Below, piece after piece: positions 17,006-26,953 of a DNA stretch of 30,805 nucleotides; positions within the stretch are counted from its first letter, which is position 1, and each line of letters starts with the position of its first letter. Source of the stretch: a virus. Taxonomy: Duplodnaviria > Caudoviricetes. The DNA lies in IMG/VR virus record IMGVR_UViG_3300020045_002642, positions 1-30,805 of that record; one strand, written 5' to 3'. The notes beneath the pieces were generated by a model. The model had not been told where the DNA came from, searched no databases, and worked only from the letters and a program-made list of their open reading frames with translations. The position numbers and the translations under genes are program-made.

Positions 17006-18604
17006 CTACTTCTTTTTCCATTTGTTCTCGTTTCCTTTTATGTTATGCTTATAGTAAGCCGCATTATAGTTGCCTATTGTCGCGCCATTTGCATCGTATC
17101 CATTAGCTTTAAGCCACTCAACTTCTCGTTTTCTAGCAGGCTGTGATTCAATAATCTCATGCGCTTGTTTTTTTGTAAAGGTAAAGTTTTCTGTATCATA
17201 TCCACCTATTCCTTTCAACCACGCTAATTGTCCTTCAGAAGCTTCTCCCTTCCAATGTACAGTTAAGTGTTCAGGAAGTCTCAATAAATCAACCCTCTTA
17301 TCTTCTTTTCTTATTTCTGAAGTTATTTCTCTCTCTCTCTTTTCTTTAGCTTCTAAAAGTAATTGTTTTGTAGCTGTTGACAAAAACAATCTGTCTTCAA
17401 TAGGCTTACCTTTATCTAGTTCGTGTGTATTTATAATTTTATGCTTGCTAGTACCATCAACTATATCCAAAATAGTACCTATCTGCCCAAACTGCTTTAC
17501 AAATGATTCAGATTTAAGTCTAGTGACTCTATAAAGCTGCTGTAGGAACTTTCTTTTAGATTTGGTAGGACAAGCTAGTATTACACACCCCGTGTCTGGT
17601 GCGTCAAATCCTGCTGAAAAAATATTATAATTAACTAATCCTATTATTTTACCCTTCTTATAATCTTGCACTATTTGCTTTCTGTCAGTTCCAACAACCA
17701 TTTTAGTTTTATCAGATACTACATAGGCTGTTTTTACACCCTCTCTTTCAAATGTTTCGTGTAATTCAATTACATGGTCAACATCAGCTCCAAAACAAAT
17801 AAACTGCTGTCCTTCACAATACTCAAAATACTTCTTCACAATCAAGTTATTTCGTTGTGGAGTGTTAACCTTCTCTGTAAGTTCTTTTATCTTAAAATCA
17901 CCAGCCATCATTCCTAAATCGTCTAGGTTTGTAGTGGTTCTAACCACGATGGCATTTAATTCAGTTAGGTATTTATCCTTGATAGCTTGTTCTAAAGTGT
18001 ACTCGTAAACCGTTTCATCAAAAATATCAGTCATTTCAACGCCGTCCGCACGAAAATTCGTGGCAGTCAATCCAAGCAGTAATTCATACTCGAAATACTC
18101 TAAAGGCATCTTAAATGTTCTCGAAAAGAAAAGATCGCATTCATCAGCTACAATTACTTTAAACCAATCTTTAGGAATCTTACTCAATCTAGCGTGAAGT
18201 GTCTGCGCCGAGGCTATAACTATTGGCTTATTAATATCGAACAAGTCCGCCTTAATTATGCCTACGTTTTTAGCTATTAGTTTTACGTTTTCAGATAAGA
18301 ATACTTGCTTTTTACTATTCTCAATTAACTGTATTAATCCGCCTTCAGAGTTAATTGTTGTAATTAATTCATTAAATGGCATCAAATCTAATTCATCAAG
18401 CAGTGCTATTGCTCCTTGCTCACCTAAACTCTCTTCATGTACAATCCATAATTTCCTTCCCATTTCTGAGATTATATTTACAGCCGTGCGAGTTTTTCCT
18501 GTTCCTCCTGGCATTAGCAACAGAAGCTTCTTAACACCTCTTTTTAATGCTTTTAAAACAGCTTCTTTAGCTTCTATTTGATAGTAGCGCAAATCTTTAC
18601 TCAT
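17006..18604 (-). CDS. Superfamily 2 DExD/H helicase
   Basis: LRYYQ, MPGGTGKT, DECD, GLTAT, GFDAP, QQLYRVTR. Confidence 0.9.
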   Translation of the reverse strand: MSKDLRYYQIEAKEAVLKALKRGVKKLLLLMPGGTGKTRTAVNIISEMGRKLWIVHEESLGEQGAIALLDELDLMPFNELITTINSEGGLIQLIENSKKQVFLSENVKLIAKNVGIIKADLFDINKPIVIASAQTLHARLSKIPKDWFKVIVADECDLFFSRTFKMPLEYFEYELLLGLTATNFRADGVEMTDIFDETVYEYTLEQAIKDKYLTELNAIVVRTTTNLDDLGMMAGDFKIKELTEKVNTPQRNNLIVKKYFEYCEGQQFICFGADVDHVIELHETFEREGVKTAYVVSDKTKMVVGTDRKQIVQDYKKGKIIGLVNYNIFSAGFDAPDTGCVILACPTKSKRKFLQQLYRVTRLKSESFVKQFGQIGTILDIVDGTSKHKIINTHELDKGKPIEDRLFLSTATKQLLLEAKEKREREITSEIRKEDKRVDLLRLPEHLTVHWKGEASEGQLAWLKGIGGYDTENFTFTKKQAHEIIESQPARKREVEWLKANGYDANGATIGNYNAAYYKHNIKGNENKWKKK

Positions 18605-18607
18605 ATA

Positions 18608-19837
18608 CTACTTACCTAGTTTTTTAAGATTACTAAATAAGGCTGCTACTACAGGAATATCTTTAATTCTGTTACCTGTAATGTTAGCGTGTGGGTAACA
18701 GTTTTCAATGTCAGCGAGACTGTATTTAGGTTTATTAAATTCTATGTATTCCTTAGCTTTTTCTTCTGTTGAAAATCTTATTTTGCCGTAAATATTTCTT
18801 TCTCTTACAATAGAGCTACTTAACTGAAAGTCTAATTCATCAGTAAAATGCCATACTGTATCTCCTTCATACATATCTTTCCCGTCCGCCGAAGTAAAAA
18901 TAGGATTTAGTTTTTTCAAGTATTCACTAGCAGCTTCATGACTAGAGAATCTAATACCTCCTTCTGTAGAATCTTTACCTGCATGGTAGGGAACTATTGT
19001 TTTACTTTGTAATATTGCCATGTAAACCATGTCTCCTTCATACATATCTTTACCATCCGCCGAAACGAAAATAGGTTTACGAGTATTCTCTTTGATGTAT
19101 TTGTCTCTGTTTTCTTCTGAAGTGAATGTTAAGTATCTATTGCATACTTCGGCATCTTGACTATTAAAACTGTAAACTACTCTTGCAGATGGGTCTTGAG
19201 GTAATGTTAAATCTTTATTTAAAAGATATAATCCATTATGTTCATCTCCTTTGTAAATATCCACGCCATCAGTAGTAGTGTATATTGGAGTTTTAACTTT
19301 TTCTAATAGTTTAATAGAACATCCAACCATTCTTCCGTCTCCTTTTCCTCTAGCAAAGCATCCATCAATATACGCTTCGTTTAAATCAAATGATTTTATA
19401 ATAAAACACTCTACTTTATCAGTTACTTTATCTCCAATAGTAAACTCTTCTCCTTTAGAGTTTTTAACTGAGTATATTTCAAAATCATTTGATTCTACGC
19501 ATGGCGGATTTTTAAGCATTCCCTCTAATGTATGCCATCCTCCATATAGTCCATTTTTACCTAAAGAAGCTATTTTCCTTTCTCCAAATAAGTCTTTTGT
19601 TTCTCTAAAAGCAGTAATAAGGTAATTAGGTTCTTCTTTGTGAGATAATTTAATAGTTTCCGCGCGAGATAAACTATCTTCTGTTAGTTCCCAAAATGAA
19701 GGATAGCCTTCTACTTCAATTTTATCAAGTATTAACAATGGCCCTTCAGCCACGTATTGACCTAAATCATCTTTCTTTACAATAGTTCCTCCTTGCGGAC
19801 TTCCTGGATACGTTTTTATTAATTTGTATTTTCTCAT
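18608..19837 (-). CDS. Hypothetical protein with three internal repeat modules
   Basis: PIYTTTDGVDIYKGD / PIFVSADGKDMYEGD / PIFTSADGKDMYEGD. Confidence 0.75.
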   Translation of the reverse strand: MRKYKLIKTYPGSPQGGTIVKKDDLGQYVAEGPLLILDKIEVEGYPSFWELTEDSLSRAETIKLSHKEEPNYLITAFRETKDLFGERKIASLGKNGLYGGWHTLEGMLKNPPCVESNDFEIYSVKNSKGEEFTIGDKVTDKVECFIIKSFDLNEAYIDGCFARGKGDGRMVGCSIKLLEKVKTPIYTTTDGVDIYKGDEHNGLYLLNKDLTLPQDPSARVVYSFNSQDAEVCNRYLTFTSEENRDKYIKENTRKPIFVSADGKDMYEGDMVYMAILQSKTIVPYHAGKDSTEGGIRFSSHEAASEYLKKLNPIFTSADGKDMYEGDTVWHFTDELDFQLSSSIVRERNIYGKIRFSTEEKAKEYIEFNKPKYSLADIENCYPHANITGNRIKDIPVVAALFSNLKKLGK

Positions 19838-19854
19838 AATTATTAATTTATATG

Positions 19855-19884
19855 TTTATACGATAAATGATTTAGAAAGGTTAC
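19855..19884 (-). promoter_or_regulatory. Repeated phage promoter
   Basis: GTAACC-N16-CGTATAAA upstream of the ATG at 19837. Confidence 0.65.
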
Positions 19885-19899
19885 AATTATTATAGAAAA

Positions 19900-19917
19900 T
19901 AATTCAAAGTTGAGTTA
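19900..19917. promoter_or_regulatory. 18-bp palindrome TAATTCAAAGTTGAGTTA
   Basis: 15 bp upstream of the promoter motif. Confidence 0.55.
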
Positions 19918-20071
19918 AAAAAAAGATTATTGGACGTTGCAACTTATTCTTACATCGGTTTTTGTCTCTCCGAATCAATAATCTCTTAATCCGCCACGGA
20001 TTTAATGTGCGGACACTATACAAATAAGTTAGCCTCACTTATTATTATCTTTTAAATATATAGTGCCGTCG

Positions 20072-20173
20072 TTACAGTAACGGGATTCGAACCCATGGAC
20101 CTTTCGCTATAGACTTAGTAGAGTCAGCTATAGGCCTACTACAATACGTTTAGTCCACTCACGCATACTGTAA
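20072..20173 (-). tRNA. Atypical tRNA-like element, isotype not assignable
   Basis: Acceptor TTACAGTA/TACTGTAA, D arm CGT-GAGTGGACTAA-ACG, T arm ATGGG-TTCGAAT-CCCGT; oversized non-canonical middle. Confidence 0.5.
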
Positions 20174-20308
20174 TTTTCAACAGAGTCTTATCGTTGTCTT
20201 AATTAAACCACTGTTAAAATGATTTACGAGGACTCTGCTGAAGTTGTTAAACTAAAAAAAATTATAATGAAAAGAACGATAGGTTTCCCCGATTGTAAAG
20301 GTAATAAA

Positions 20309-20521
20309 TTATATTTGTTTGTAAGGATATACTCCTTTAAAATATAAGTTGAAGTGTCGTCCGATGCTGTCCGCCTCAATCAACTTTCTAAACTCTTCTG
20401 AGGATACATCAGAGTATTCGTATTGCTTACCTTGATTAAATGTTACGATAAGAATATTAGTCTCTGTATCGTATTCTAATAACTTTATTTGACTACTTAC
20501 TACTTCTGTTTTAGTTTTCAT
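20309..20521 (-). CDS. KTSC domain protein
   Basis: VVSSQIKLLEYD...LIVTFNQGKQYEYSDV...ADSIGRHFN. Confidence 0.9.
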   Translation of the reverse strand: MKTKTEVVSSQIKLLEYDTETNILIVTFNQGKQYEYSDVSSEEFRKLIEADSIGRHFNLYFKGVYPYKQI

Positions 20522-20540
20522 GTTTGTTTTGATTTATACT

Positions 20541-20569
20541 GTTTAACGTAAATAAAAAATAAAGGTTAC
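20541..20569 (-). promoter_or_regulatory. Repeated phage promoter at the head of the minus-strand block
   Basis: GTAACC-N15-CGTTAAAC. Confidence 0.65.
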
Positions 20570-20616
20570 AATATTTATTAAAAAACTTATCTTATTATTA
20601 ACAATGCCTCTATAAT

Positions 20617-20642
20617 TGTTAATTAAATATTCCCTATTTTTG
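20617..20642 (+). promoter_or_regulatory. Bacteroidota-type housekeeping promoter, -7 element TATTTTTG
   Basis: Matches TAnnTTTG, 16 bp upstream of the ATG at 20659. Confidence 0.45.
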
Positions 20643-20658
20643 ATAAAACAAAAAATAT

Positions 20659-21918
20659 ATGACACCAAAGTATTTTAATTACCATGATGAAATCCTTAGT
20701 CTATGGAATGACGGAGACGGTGAAGGTCACTCTGCAATAGCTAGAATACTTAAAGCTAAGTATAGTTTAGAGGGAACTGAAAATTCTATCAGAAACTATG
20801 TTCAATCATTTGTTAGAGAACAATCTTATGATAAAGAAATAATTGAAGAGAATGTTAAGCTCGGTAAACAGAAACAACGCGCGCAGGACCAAAATAGAAT
20901 AGCTAATAAGTCTTTCAGGGAATACGCTAGAGTAGAGAATGCTGTATCAGAGTTTGCGGAAGCTATATCTAAGCAAAATAAAGAGTTTGGTAAAGAATTA
21001 AGTAAGATAAAATTAAAGCCTTGTAGAATAAAGAAAGGTGGTATAGGAGTAATTCAAATTACAGATGTACACGCTAATGAATTGATTGATTTACCTCACA
21101 ATAAATACGATTTCAATATACTTGCTAAGAGATTAAAGAAGCATATATCAGAGAGTTTAGCGTACTTTGAATTTAGAAAAGTAACTAAGGTTGTAATGGT
21201 GTTTAGCGGAGATTTACTTAACTCGGATCGTCGCCTGGATGAATTACTTAACGCATCAACGAACAGAGCAAAGGCTACTGTATTAACTATTCATATTTTA
21301 AAACAAGCTATATGTGATGTGAGAAATATGTACCCTGTAGATATAGTTAGTGTGCTAGGTAATGAGAGTAGAGCGAATAAAGAAATGACTTTCAGTAATG
21401 AAGCACTAAGTGATAATTATGATTTTACTATAATTGCTCAGTTAAAACAAATATTTGAATTTGCTAAGATTAAAAATGTAAACTTTAGAGGATATGATAA
21501 GGTTTGGGAGATAATAGATTTTGGAGAGCAAAAATGGGGTGTATCTCATAACTTATCTGGTTCTGTAGATTCTCAGAAAGGAGCGCAAAGTCATATAGGT
21601 ATGCTTTCTTTACAAGGGCATAAAATTGATTACTTAATCGGCGGACATATCCACGCATTAAACTTAACTGAAATATCCGCCAGGTCTTCTTCTTTATGTG
21701 GAGATAATTCTTATGCTAATAACGCACTAGGATTAACAGGAAGAGCAACACATAATTGTTATGTAGTACAAGGCAAGAAAAGGTTTACTCAGGTGAATGA
21801 TGTACAAGATGTGGATGATATAGATGGATACGAAATAATAAGTCAGCTAGAGGCTTATAATGCTAAATCTAATAGTAAATTAAACACTCATCCTGTAATA
21901 ATGCAAATAGTAATATAA
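20659..21918 (+). CDS. Calcineurin-like metallophosphoesterase
   Basis: TDVH, SGDLL, LGNE, SHN, GHIH motifs. Confidence 0.8.
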   Translation: MTPKYFNYHDEILSLWNDGDGEGHSAIARILKAKYSLEGTENSIRNYVQSFVREQSYDKEIIEENVKLGKQKQRAQDQNRIANKSFREYARVENAVSEFAEAISKQNKEFGKELSKIKLKPCRIKKGGIGVIQITDVHANELIDLPHNKYDFNILAKRLKKHISESLAYFEFRKVTKVVMVFSGDLLNSDRRLDELLNASTNRAKATVLTIHILKQAICDVRNMYPVDIVSVLGNESRANKEMTFSNEALSDNYDFTIIAQLKQIFEFAKIKNVNFRGYDKVWEIIDFGEQKWGVSHNLSGSVDSQKGAQSHIGMLSLQGHKIDYLIGGHIHALNLTEISARSSSLCGDNSYANNALGLTGRATHNCYVVQGKKRFTQVNDVQDVDDIDGYEIISQLEAYNAKSNSKLNTHPVIMQIVI

Positions 21919-22039
21919 TGTTTGAGAAGCTTTTAAATATAATTCGCAATTCGCAAATCAAGAAGTGTAAATGTAATAACTTTGTACTTACTAACGAAGT
22001 ACGTTACTATTGCTATCAATGTGGTAAAATCTTAATAAA

Positions 22040-22390
22040 ATGAATATAAAACATTTAAAGTGGCTAGAGATTGAAGTTTACTTCCCAATAGATGCAAGTT
22101 TATTTGAGGAGAATGAAGAGCTTACAGAAATACAAAAGATGACCGCTGGAGTAGTTGAAGGCTATGAAACAGGAATGGCTTATTTTAATATGGGACAGAT
22201 AGCTATACAATCAATATTACCAAAGTGCTTTATACCTAAAGGTAATAAAAATAGAAAATTCTATACTGAATTAATGTTTAATGATGGTTCCTTTGCTTTT
22301 GCAACAGCTAGACCTTCCGAAGTGTATAAATTAATAGATGATTACTTAGATAAATTCCCTGAACCCGAAGAAGATGTTAAGGAGGCTTAA
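22040..22390 (+). CDS. Hypothetical protein
   Basis: 116 aa ORF. Confidence 0.65.
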   Translation: MNIKHLKWLEIEVYFPIDASLFEENEELTEIQKMTAGVVEGYETGMAYFNMGQIAIQSILPKCFIPKGNKNRKFYTELMFNDGSFAFATARPSEVYKLIDDYLDKFPEPEEDVKEA

Positions 22391-22506
22391 TTGTTTGGTA
22401 TTACCTATAATAACCGCAAATCTGCGGATAATAATAGATGTATTCACCGCATAATATCGTATCGCTATCGTATATAATTGAATCATATCGTATCAATTAA
22501 TAAAAC

Positions 22507-22530
22507 AAAACCCTCAATTAAGAGGGTTCT
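22507..22530. terminator. Terminator-like hairpin
   Basis: AACCCTC-AATTAA-GAGGGTT. Confidence 0.5.
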
Positions 22531-22606
22531 GCTGGACAAAAACAAGAAATAATCTTTTAAATCAGTAACACCACAAATTTGAAAGCTTGTGTAAATTTAA
22601 TATTTT

Positions 22607-22624
22607 TAACTCAAAGTTGAATTA
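22607..22624. promoter_or_regulatory. 18-bp palindrome TAACTCAAAGTTGAATTA
   Basis: Upstream of a TTTG...TAATTTTA promoter-like element at 22652-22682. Confidence 0.55.
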
Positions 22625-23220
22625 TTTTTTGAAAGTAATTGAAAATATTTATTTGGAGGTAAAGAATTTATTTGTAATTTTACAGCATACTATTTTAGTA
22701 CATAACTTCTAGCAGGGTTCTGATTATTAAAATAATAATTTGTAATTAAAGATTTTTCGGTTTAACCGAGCAAGACCCTATCGTGAACCCTGCTAAATTT
22801 ATTTGGTAGGGTTTTGTGTTATAGATAGGTTTGATAATAGAATAAAAAAGACAACGATGCTTGGTTTATTTGATTTAAAAAGATTTATTTATTTTGGGTG
22901 TACTTGGTCGGTTGAAAGATGGCAGCATTTACACTTGTATTCGTTACTGTGAGGAACTATATAAAGCGAAGCAATGGCACTAATTACCGAGTTGCATATA
23001 TAGCGGTTTGATGAAAGACTGAAAGTTGGGTAAAAGTTAAAGCACTTCATTGATGACTTTAGCCACAGCTCAGAGGGTTGGCTCCATAAAGGTAGACTAC
23101 TTTGGCGGTGAGTGATACTTTTAGACGTAAGTCTTTAAGGAAAACTCACTTTGCACAGTCTAAAGGGATTCACCAAAAGGTAAACAGTTAGACTTAGAAA
23201 ACACTAACAAAATAAGTAAG

Positions 23221-23532
23221 ATGAAAAACAACAAAATACCAAGCGACAAGCACAGTAGAGTTCAACATTACATTAACTCCGTAATACCTCAAGAAGCATT
23301 AGATACTCGTAAGATTTATATGGATAAAATTTTACCTGAATTAAGGCTTCTGTACACCGTAAATGTTTTACATAGAACAACCATGCAAACGAGAGTAGTA
23401 AATGAGTCTAATGACAAGAAAATAGGCTATTACCCATATTACAGAAAGGTGAATGACTTTCAATATAAAAGTTGGAAACAATTAGCTAACGATGGAGAAA
23501 TATTGACTGTTATAAAAACTTTATTAAGATAA
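23221..23532 (+). CDS. Hypothetical protein
   Basis: 103 aa ORF. Confidence 0.6.
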   Translation: MKNNKIPSDKHSRVQHYINSVIPQEALDTRKIYMDKILPELRLLYTVNVLHRTTMQTRVVNESNDKKIGYYPYYRKVNDFQYKSWKQLANDGEILTVIKTLLR

Positions 23533-23535
23533 ATT

Positions 23536-23946
23536 ATGGGATTAACTAAAGAAGAGCAACGAGAAAAAATAAGATTAGAAAATGAATCCACAAGAGCCTA
23601 TGCTAGTTCTATCCGCAAAACTACTGAGAAAAAAGTAAATAAAATGAATTATGGATATAATGGCAAATTATCATTCAATATGGTTGGATGTTATTTTCTT
23701 TGGTATCAAAATAATATAGTTTATATAGGTGAAAGCACTTGCATTATGAGTAGATTAGTTCAGCATCAGAAGGAAGGTAAAAAAGTATTTGATAGATGGA
23801 CTTTTAAGCAAGTTAGCGGAAGCGATAAACAAAGGCTGTCGCACGAAAAGAAGTTAATAAAACATTATAAACCAAAGTATAATAAAACTCACAAAACACC
23901 CGTAAAAAGAAAGTCGAAATCAGTTTACTTAGTATTATCAAAATAA
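23536..23946 (+). CDS. GIY-YIG nuclease family protein
   Basis: GCYFL...VYIGES...SRLVQH...EKKLIKHYKPKYN. Confidence 0.8.
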   Translation: MGLTKEEQREKIRLENESTRAYASSIRKTTEKKVNKMNYGYNGKLSFNMVGCYFLWYQNNIVYIGESTCIMSRLVQHQKEGKKVFDRWTFKQVSGSDKQRLSHEKKLIKHYKPKYNKTHKTPVKRKSKSVYLVLSK

Positions 23947-23948
23947 TT

Positions 23949-23978
23949 GTAACCTTTTAAAAGATTAATAGTATAAAC
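23949..23978 (+). promoter_or_regulatory. Repeated phage promoter
   Basis: GTAACC-N15-AGTATAAAC; further copies at 24390-24419(+), 24846-24875(+) and 30356-30385(-). Confidence 0.6.
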
Positions 23979-23982
23979 TGAT

Positions 23983-24393
23983 ATGAAACAAAGAGAGATA
24001 AAATACAAGTCACTATATCGCGGAGAGTGGTATGAAGTAGAAGAGATGTTTTTAGAAAATGGAAATGTAACTCCTACAAAATTTAAAGGAGAAAACTTTA
24101 GTCCAGACTCAGAACATATTAAATGCACAGTACAATACACAGGACTTAAAGATAAGAATAGTAAAGATATTTATGAAGGAGATATTTGTAAGTATTTAAT
24201 GGATGAAACTCCATTTAGTGATGAAGAAGATTTATTTAATTATAAAGAATTTAAAGGAACTGTTGAATACAATAACAGAAAAGGTTGGTATCATTTTGTA
24301 GGACTTGATTATACGCCAACATTGAGTAATTATACTATTTCGGATATAGAAGTATTAGGCAATATTTATGAGCATCCAGGATTATTAGTGTAA
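23983..24393 (+). CDS. YopX family protein
   Basis: REIKYK, QYTGLKDKNSKDIYEGDI, EVLGNIYEHPGLL. Confidence 0.9.
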   Translation: MKQREIKYKSLYRGEWYEVEEMFLENGNVTPTKFKGENFSPDSEHIKCTVQYTGLKDKNSKDIYEGDICKYLMDETPFSDEEDLFNYKEFKGTVEYNNRKGWYHFVGLDYTPTLSNYTISDIEVLGNIYEHPGLLV

Positions 24394-24418
24394 CCTTTAA
24401 TAATAAATACAAGTATAA

Positions 24419-24721
24419 GTGGATATGAAAATAAGAAACAATAAAATAATCGGCGAGTTTCATTTTAAGAATAAGTCAATAACAGGTAATCAATTACATA
24501 CTTTTGTACACACTAGAAAGAATGGAACTATTGATATTACTAAATTTATTTTAATTGACGGCGCGGAAGACATTGAAGGATTTAAGAAAGTAAGAACTAT
24601 GTTTGGTAAAACTGTTTATAAAGAACATGGAGCTTATAGATTAGAAACTTTAAAATTGATAGTTTATCATTGTCAAAAAGCTATGATAAAAGCAGGTTGT
24701 AAATTAAGTGATTTAGCATGA
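24419..24721 (+). CDS. Hypothetical protein
   Basis: About 100 aa ORF after a promoter motif. Confidence 0.6.
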   Translation: MDMKIRNNKIIGEFHFKNKSITGNQLHTFVHTRKNGTIDITKFILIDGAEDIEGFKKVRTMFGKTVYKEHGAYRLETLKLIVYHCQKAMIKAGCKLSDLA

Positions 24722-24971
24722 AACACACACAAAGCGAGATAACAGCAATAAAGAAACTAAGAAGTATTAAGTTGCATCCGCGCGATGTACAAAAGAAGAA
24801 TAAAGCAATATTCGATAAAAGTTACTTCGGAAGTGAATATAAAATGAAACCTTTTAAATAAATTAACGTATAAACTAATCATGGAAGAAACATTAATTAA
24901 ATCAGCGTATTGGTATAATTTCAATCTTAATCTTTACATTAGCTACTTACAAAAGAAAATAGCATTAACTT

Positions 24972-25160
24972 ATGGAACAAAATAACGACATGGGAGCAAA
25001 TAAATCAATAAAAGTAATATTCAGGGCATTTGACCAAACTCAGGAATTAATCTTTCCTGCGGATCACAAACTAAGCGATGTGGCTAATTACCTTCGCAAC
25101 GTGTGTCACACTTATATTATCTTAGAAATGACCCCAACTAGTAAATTACCTAATATATGA
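24972..25160 (+). CDS. Small hypothetical protein, apparent HNH insertion target
   Basis: Its last 42 bp are duplicated at 25704-25745. Confidence 0.65.
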   Translation: MEQNNDMGANKSIKVIFRAFDQTQELIFPADHKLSDVANYLRNVCHTYIILEMTPTSKLPNI

Positions 25161-25729
25161 CAACAGAAGTATGGAAGCCAGTAAAAGATTACGAATCATT
25201 TTATGAAGTAAGTAATAAAGGATTTGTTAAATCTTTATCAAGATTTATAAATAATGGACAGGGAGGTGTAAGTCTTATTAAAGAAAGAATTATGAAAAAT
25301 CAAATAATAAAAAAATATTCATATATAAGACTGTCTAACAATATATGTTTTAAAAATAAAAAGGTTCACAGATTAGTCGCCGAATCTTTTATTCCAAATC
25401 CTGAAAATAAACCATGTGTCAATCATATTAATGGAATTAAAACTGACAACAGAGTTGAAAACTTAGAATGGTGTACTTATTCAGAAAACACGCAACATTC
25501 ATGGGATACTAAATTACTTGTTATGAGTGATTATAACAGAAGTAAAATAATAGAAAGAGCTTGTAAAAAAGTTATAAATATAAAGACTGGAGAAATACAT
25601 AATTCTATTAATGAAGCCGCTAATTCTATAGGATATAGAAATACTAGGTTATCTCAAATGCTGTTAGGTGTAAATCCTAATAAAACAGATTTTAGATATT
25701 TTAATCTTAGAGATGACTCCAACAAGTAA
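25157..25729 (+). CDS. NUMOD4-HNH homing endonuclease
   Basis: [42 protein letters not shown]. Confidence 0.9.
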   Translation: MTTEVWKPVKDYESFYEVSNKGFVKSLSRFINNGQGGVSLIKERIMKNQIIKKYSYIRLSNNICFKNKKVHRLVAESFIPNPENKPCVNHINGIKTDNRVENLEWCTYSENTQHSWDTKLLVMSDYNRSKIIERACKKVINIKTGEIHNSINEAANSIGYRNTRLSQMLLGVNPNKTDFRYFNLRDDSNK

Positions 25730-25742
25730 AAATCCAACAATA

Positions 25743-25760
25743 TAACTCAAGTTTGAATTA
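25743..25760. promoter_or_regulatory. 18-bp palindrome TAACTCAAGTTTGAATTA
   Basis: Identical to the copy at 5662. Confidence 0.55.
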
Positions 25761-25844
25761 TAAAATAGCATTCGGCGGACTAGATAAGCTAAAAGAACAG
25801 CGTAAAAGTTTAATGAACTATTTGAATAGTGATAATGATTAAAA

Positions 25845-26087
25845 ATGATAACGATGAAAACTAGAGATGAAATAGCAAAGGCTTGGAGTGTATTAACTCA
25901 TAATGATGGGTTTACTAAAAACAACGATGTTTTAAATGCTATGCAGGATTATGCAGATGAAGCAACAAAAGATTTAAAATTCCAAATAGATTTAAAAAAT
26001 AAAGAAATTGAATCATTAAAAGAAAGAGTAATATTTTGGAATGAAGCTCACGATGATTTAATAGAACAATTAACTAAACAAACTTAA
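25845..26087 (+). CDS. Hypothetical protein
   Basis: 80 aa ORF. Confidence 0.6.
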   Translation: MITMKTRDEIAKAWSVLTHNDGFTKNNDVLNAMQDYADEATKDLKFQIDLKNKEIESLKERVIFWNEAHDDLIEQLTKQT

Positions 26088-26098
26088 AACCAATAACG

Positions 26099-26542
26099 AT
26101 GAAAACTAAAGACGAACAAATAGACTTAATTGCAGGTCGCATAATTGATGAATATAGAAAACATCCGTTATTAGAATGGAATAAAATAGCTGCTGCTAAA
26201 ATACATTCACAATGGTTTGATTATTTAAACCAACAAACAAAAGAGTTACAAGAGCAACTAGCTGTCTTAAATCAAGCTGAAAAAGAGTATATTGAAAAAA
26301 TTGTTAAACTTGAAGAGCAACTAGAAGAAAAAACAGAAGCATTAGAAAACTCAGAAAACGGAATGCTTAATTTGATTAAGTATAAGAATGAATTGGTAGA
26401 GCAACTAGCAGCAAAGGAGAAGGAGTGTTTAGATGTTTTAGATATAGCCCTTAAATACTTTAATGGATTTGATAGTCCTGAACAAAACGAAGCTGCTTTT
26501 CACGCATTAAATAATTTAAGAAATAAAATTACCAACACATAG
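26099..26542 (+). CDS. Hypothetical coiled-coil protein
   Basis: Repeated ELxEQLA segments. Confidence 0.65.
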   Translation: MKTKDEQIDLIAGRIIDEYRKHPLLEWNKIAAAKIHSQWFDYLNQQTKELQEQLAVLNQAEKEYIEKIVKLEEQLEEKTEALENSENGMLNLIKYKNELVEQLAAKEKECLDVLDIALKYFNGFDSPEQNEAAFHALNNLRNKITNT

Positions 26543-26953
26543 AAATTATGAAATACTGTAAGATAATAATAAACTTTACAATTTGGCATTTAAAGCCTTA
26601 TAGAATAAAGCATGTATTGTGTGATAATAAATTAGTTGAATATGGCTTTTTATGCTTTAAATTAATTATAACTAATTACTAACCCCCAAGTAAACGATAA
26701 AAAATAAAGTAAACAATATGAAAAACAAAAACATTAAACAGTTTGTATTAATAATATTAGGTTCTATTATAACAATAAGCCTTTTAATTTATAGTATTAA
26801 TCAAATTACCAACACCCCCAAGTAAACTATAAAAATATGGAAAACACAATAAAATGTTTAAAGGAATGGATTTGTAGTTGTGGTACTTATGTAATATTTG
26901 GAAATGATTGTCCTAGATGTAATAAACCTAAATTTATAAAAAAATAACCAACA

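Noticed and set aside
20110-20130. Amber suppressor tRNA (CTA) and stop-codon recoding
   Set aside because: No canonical 5-bp stem with 7-nt loop around CTA; TAG ends long genes (17006, 18608) normally under the standard code
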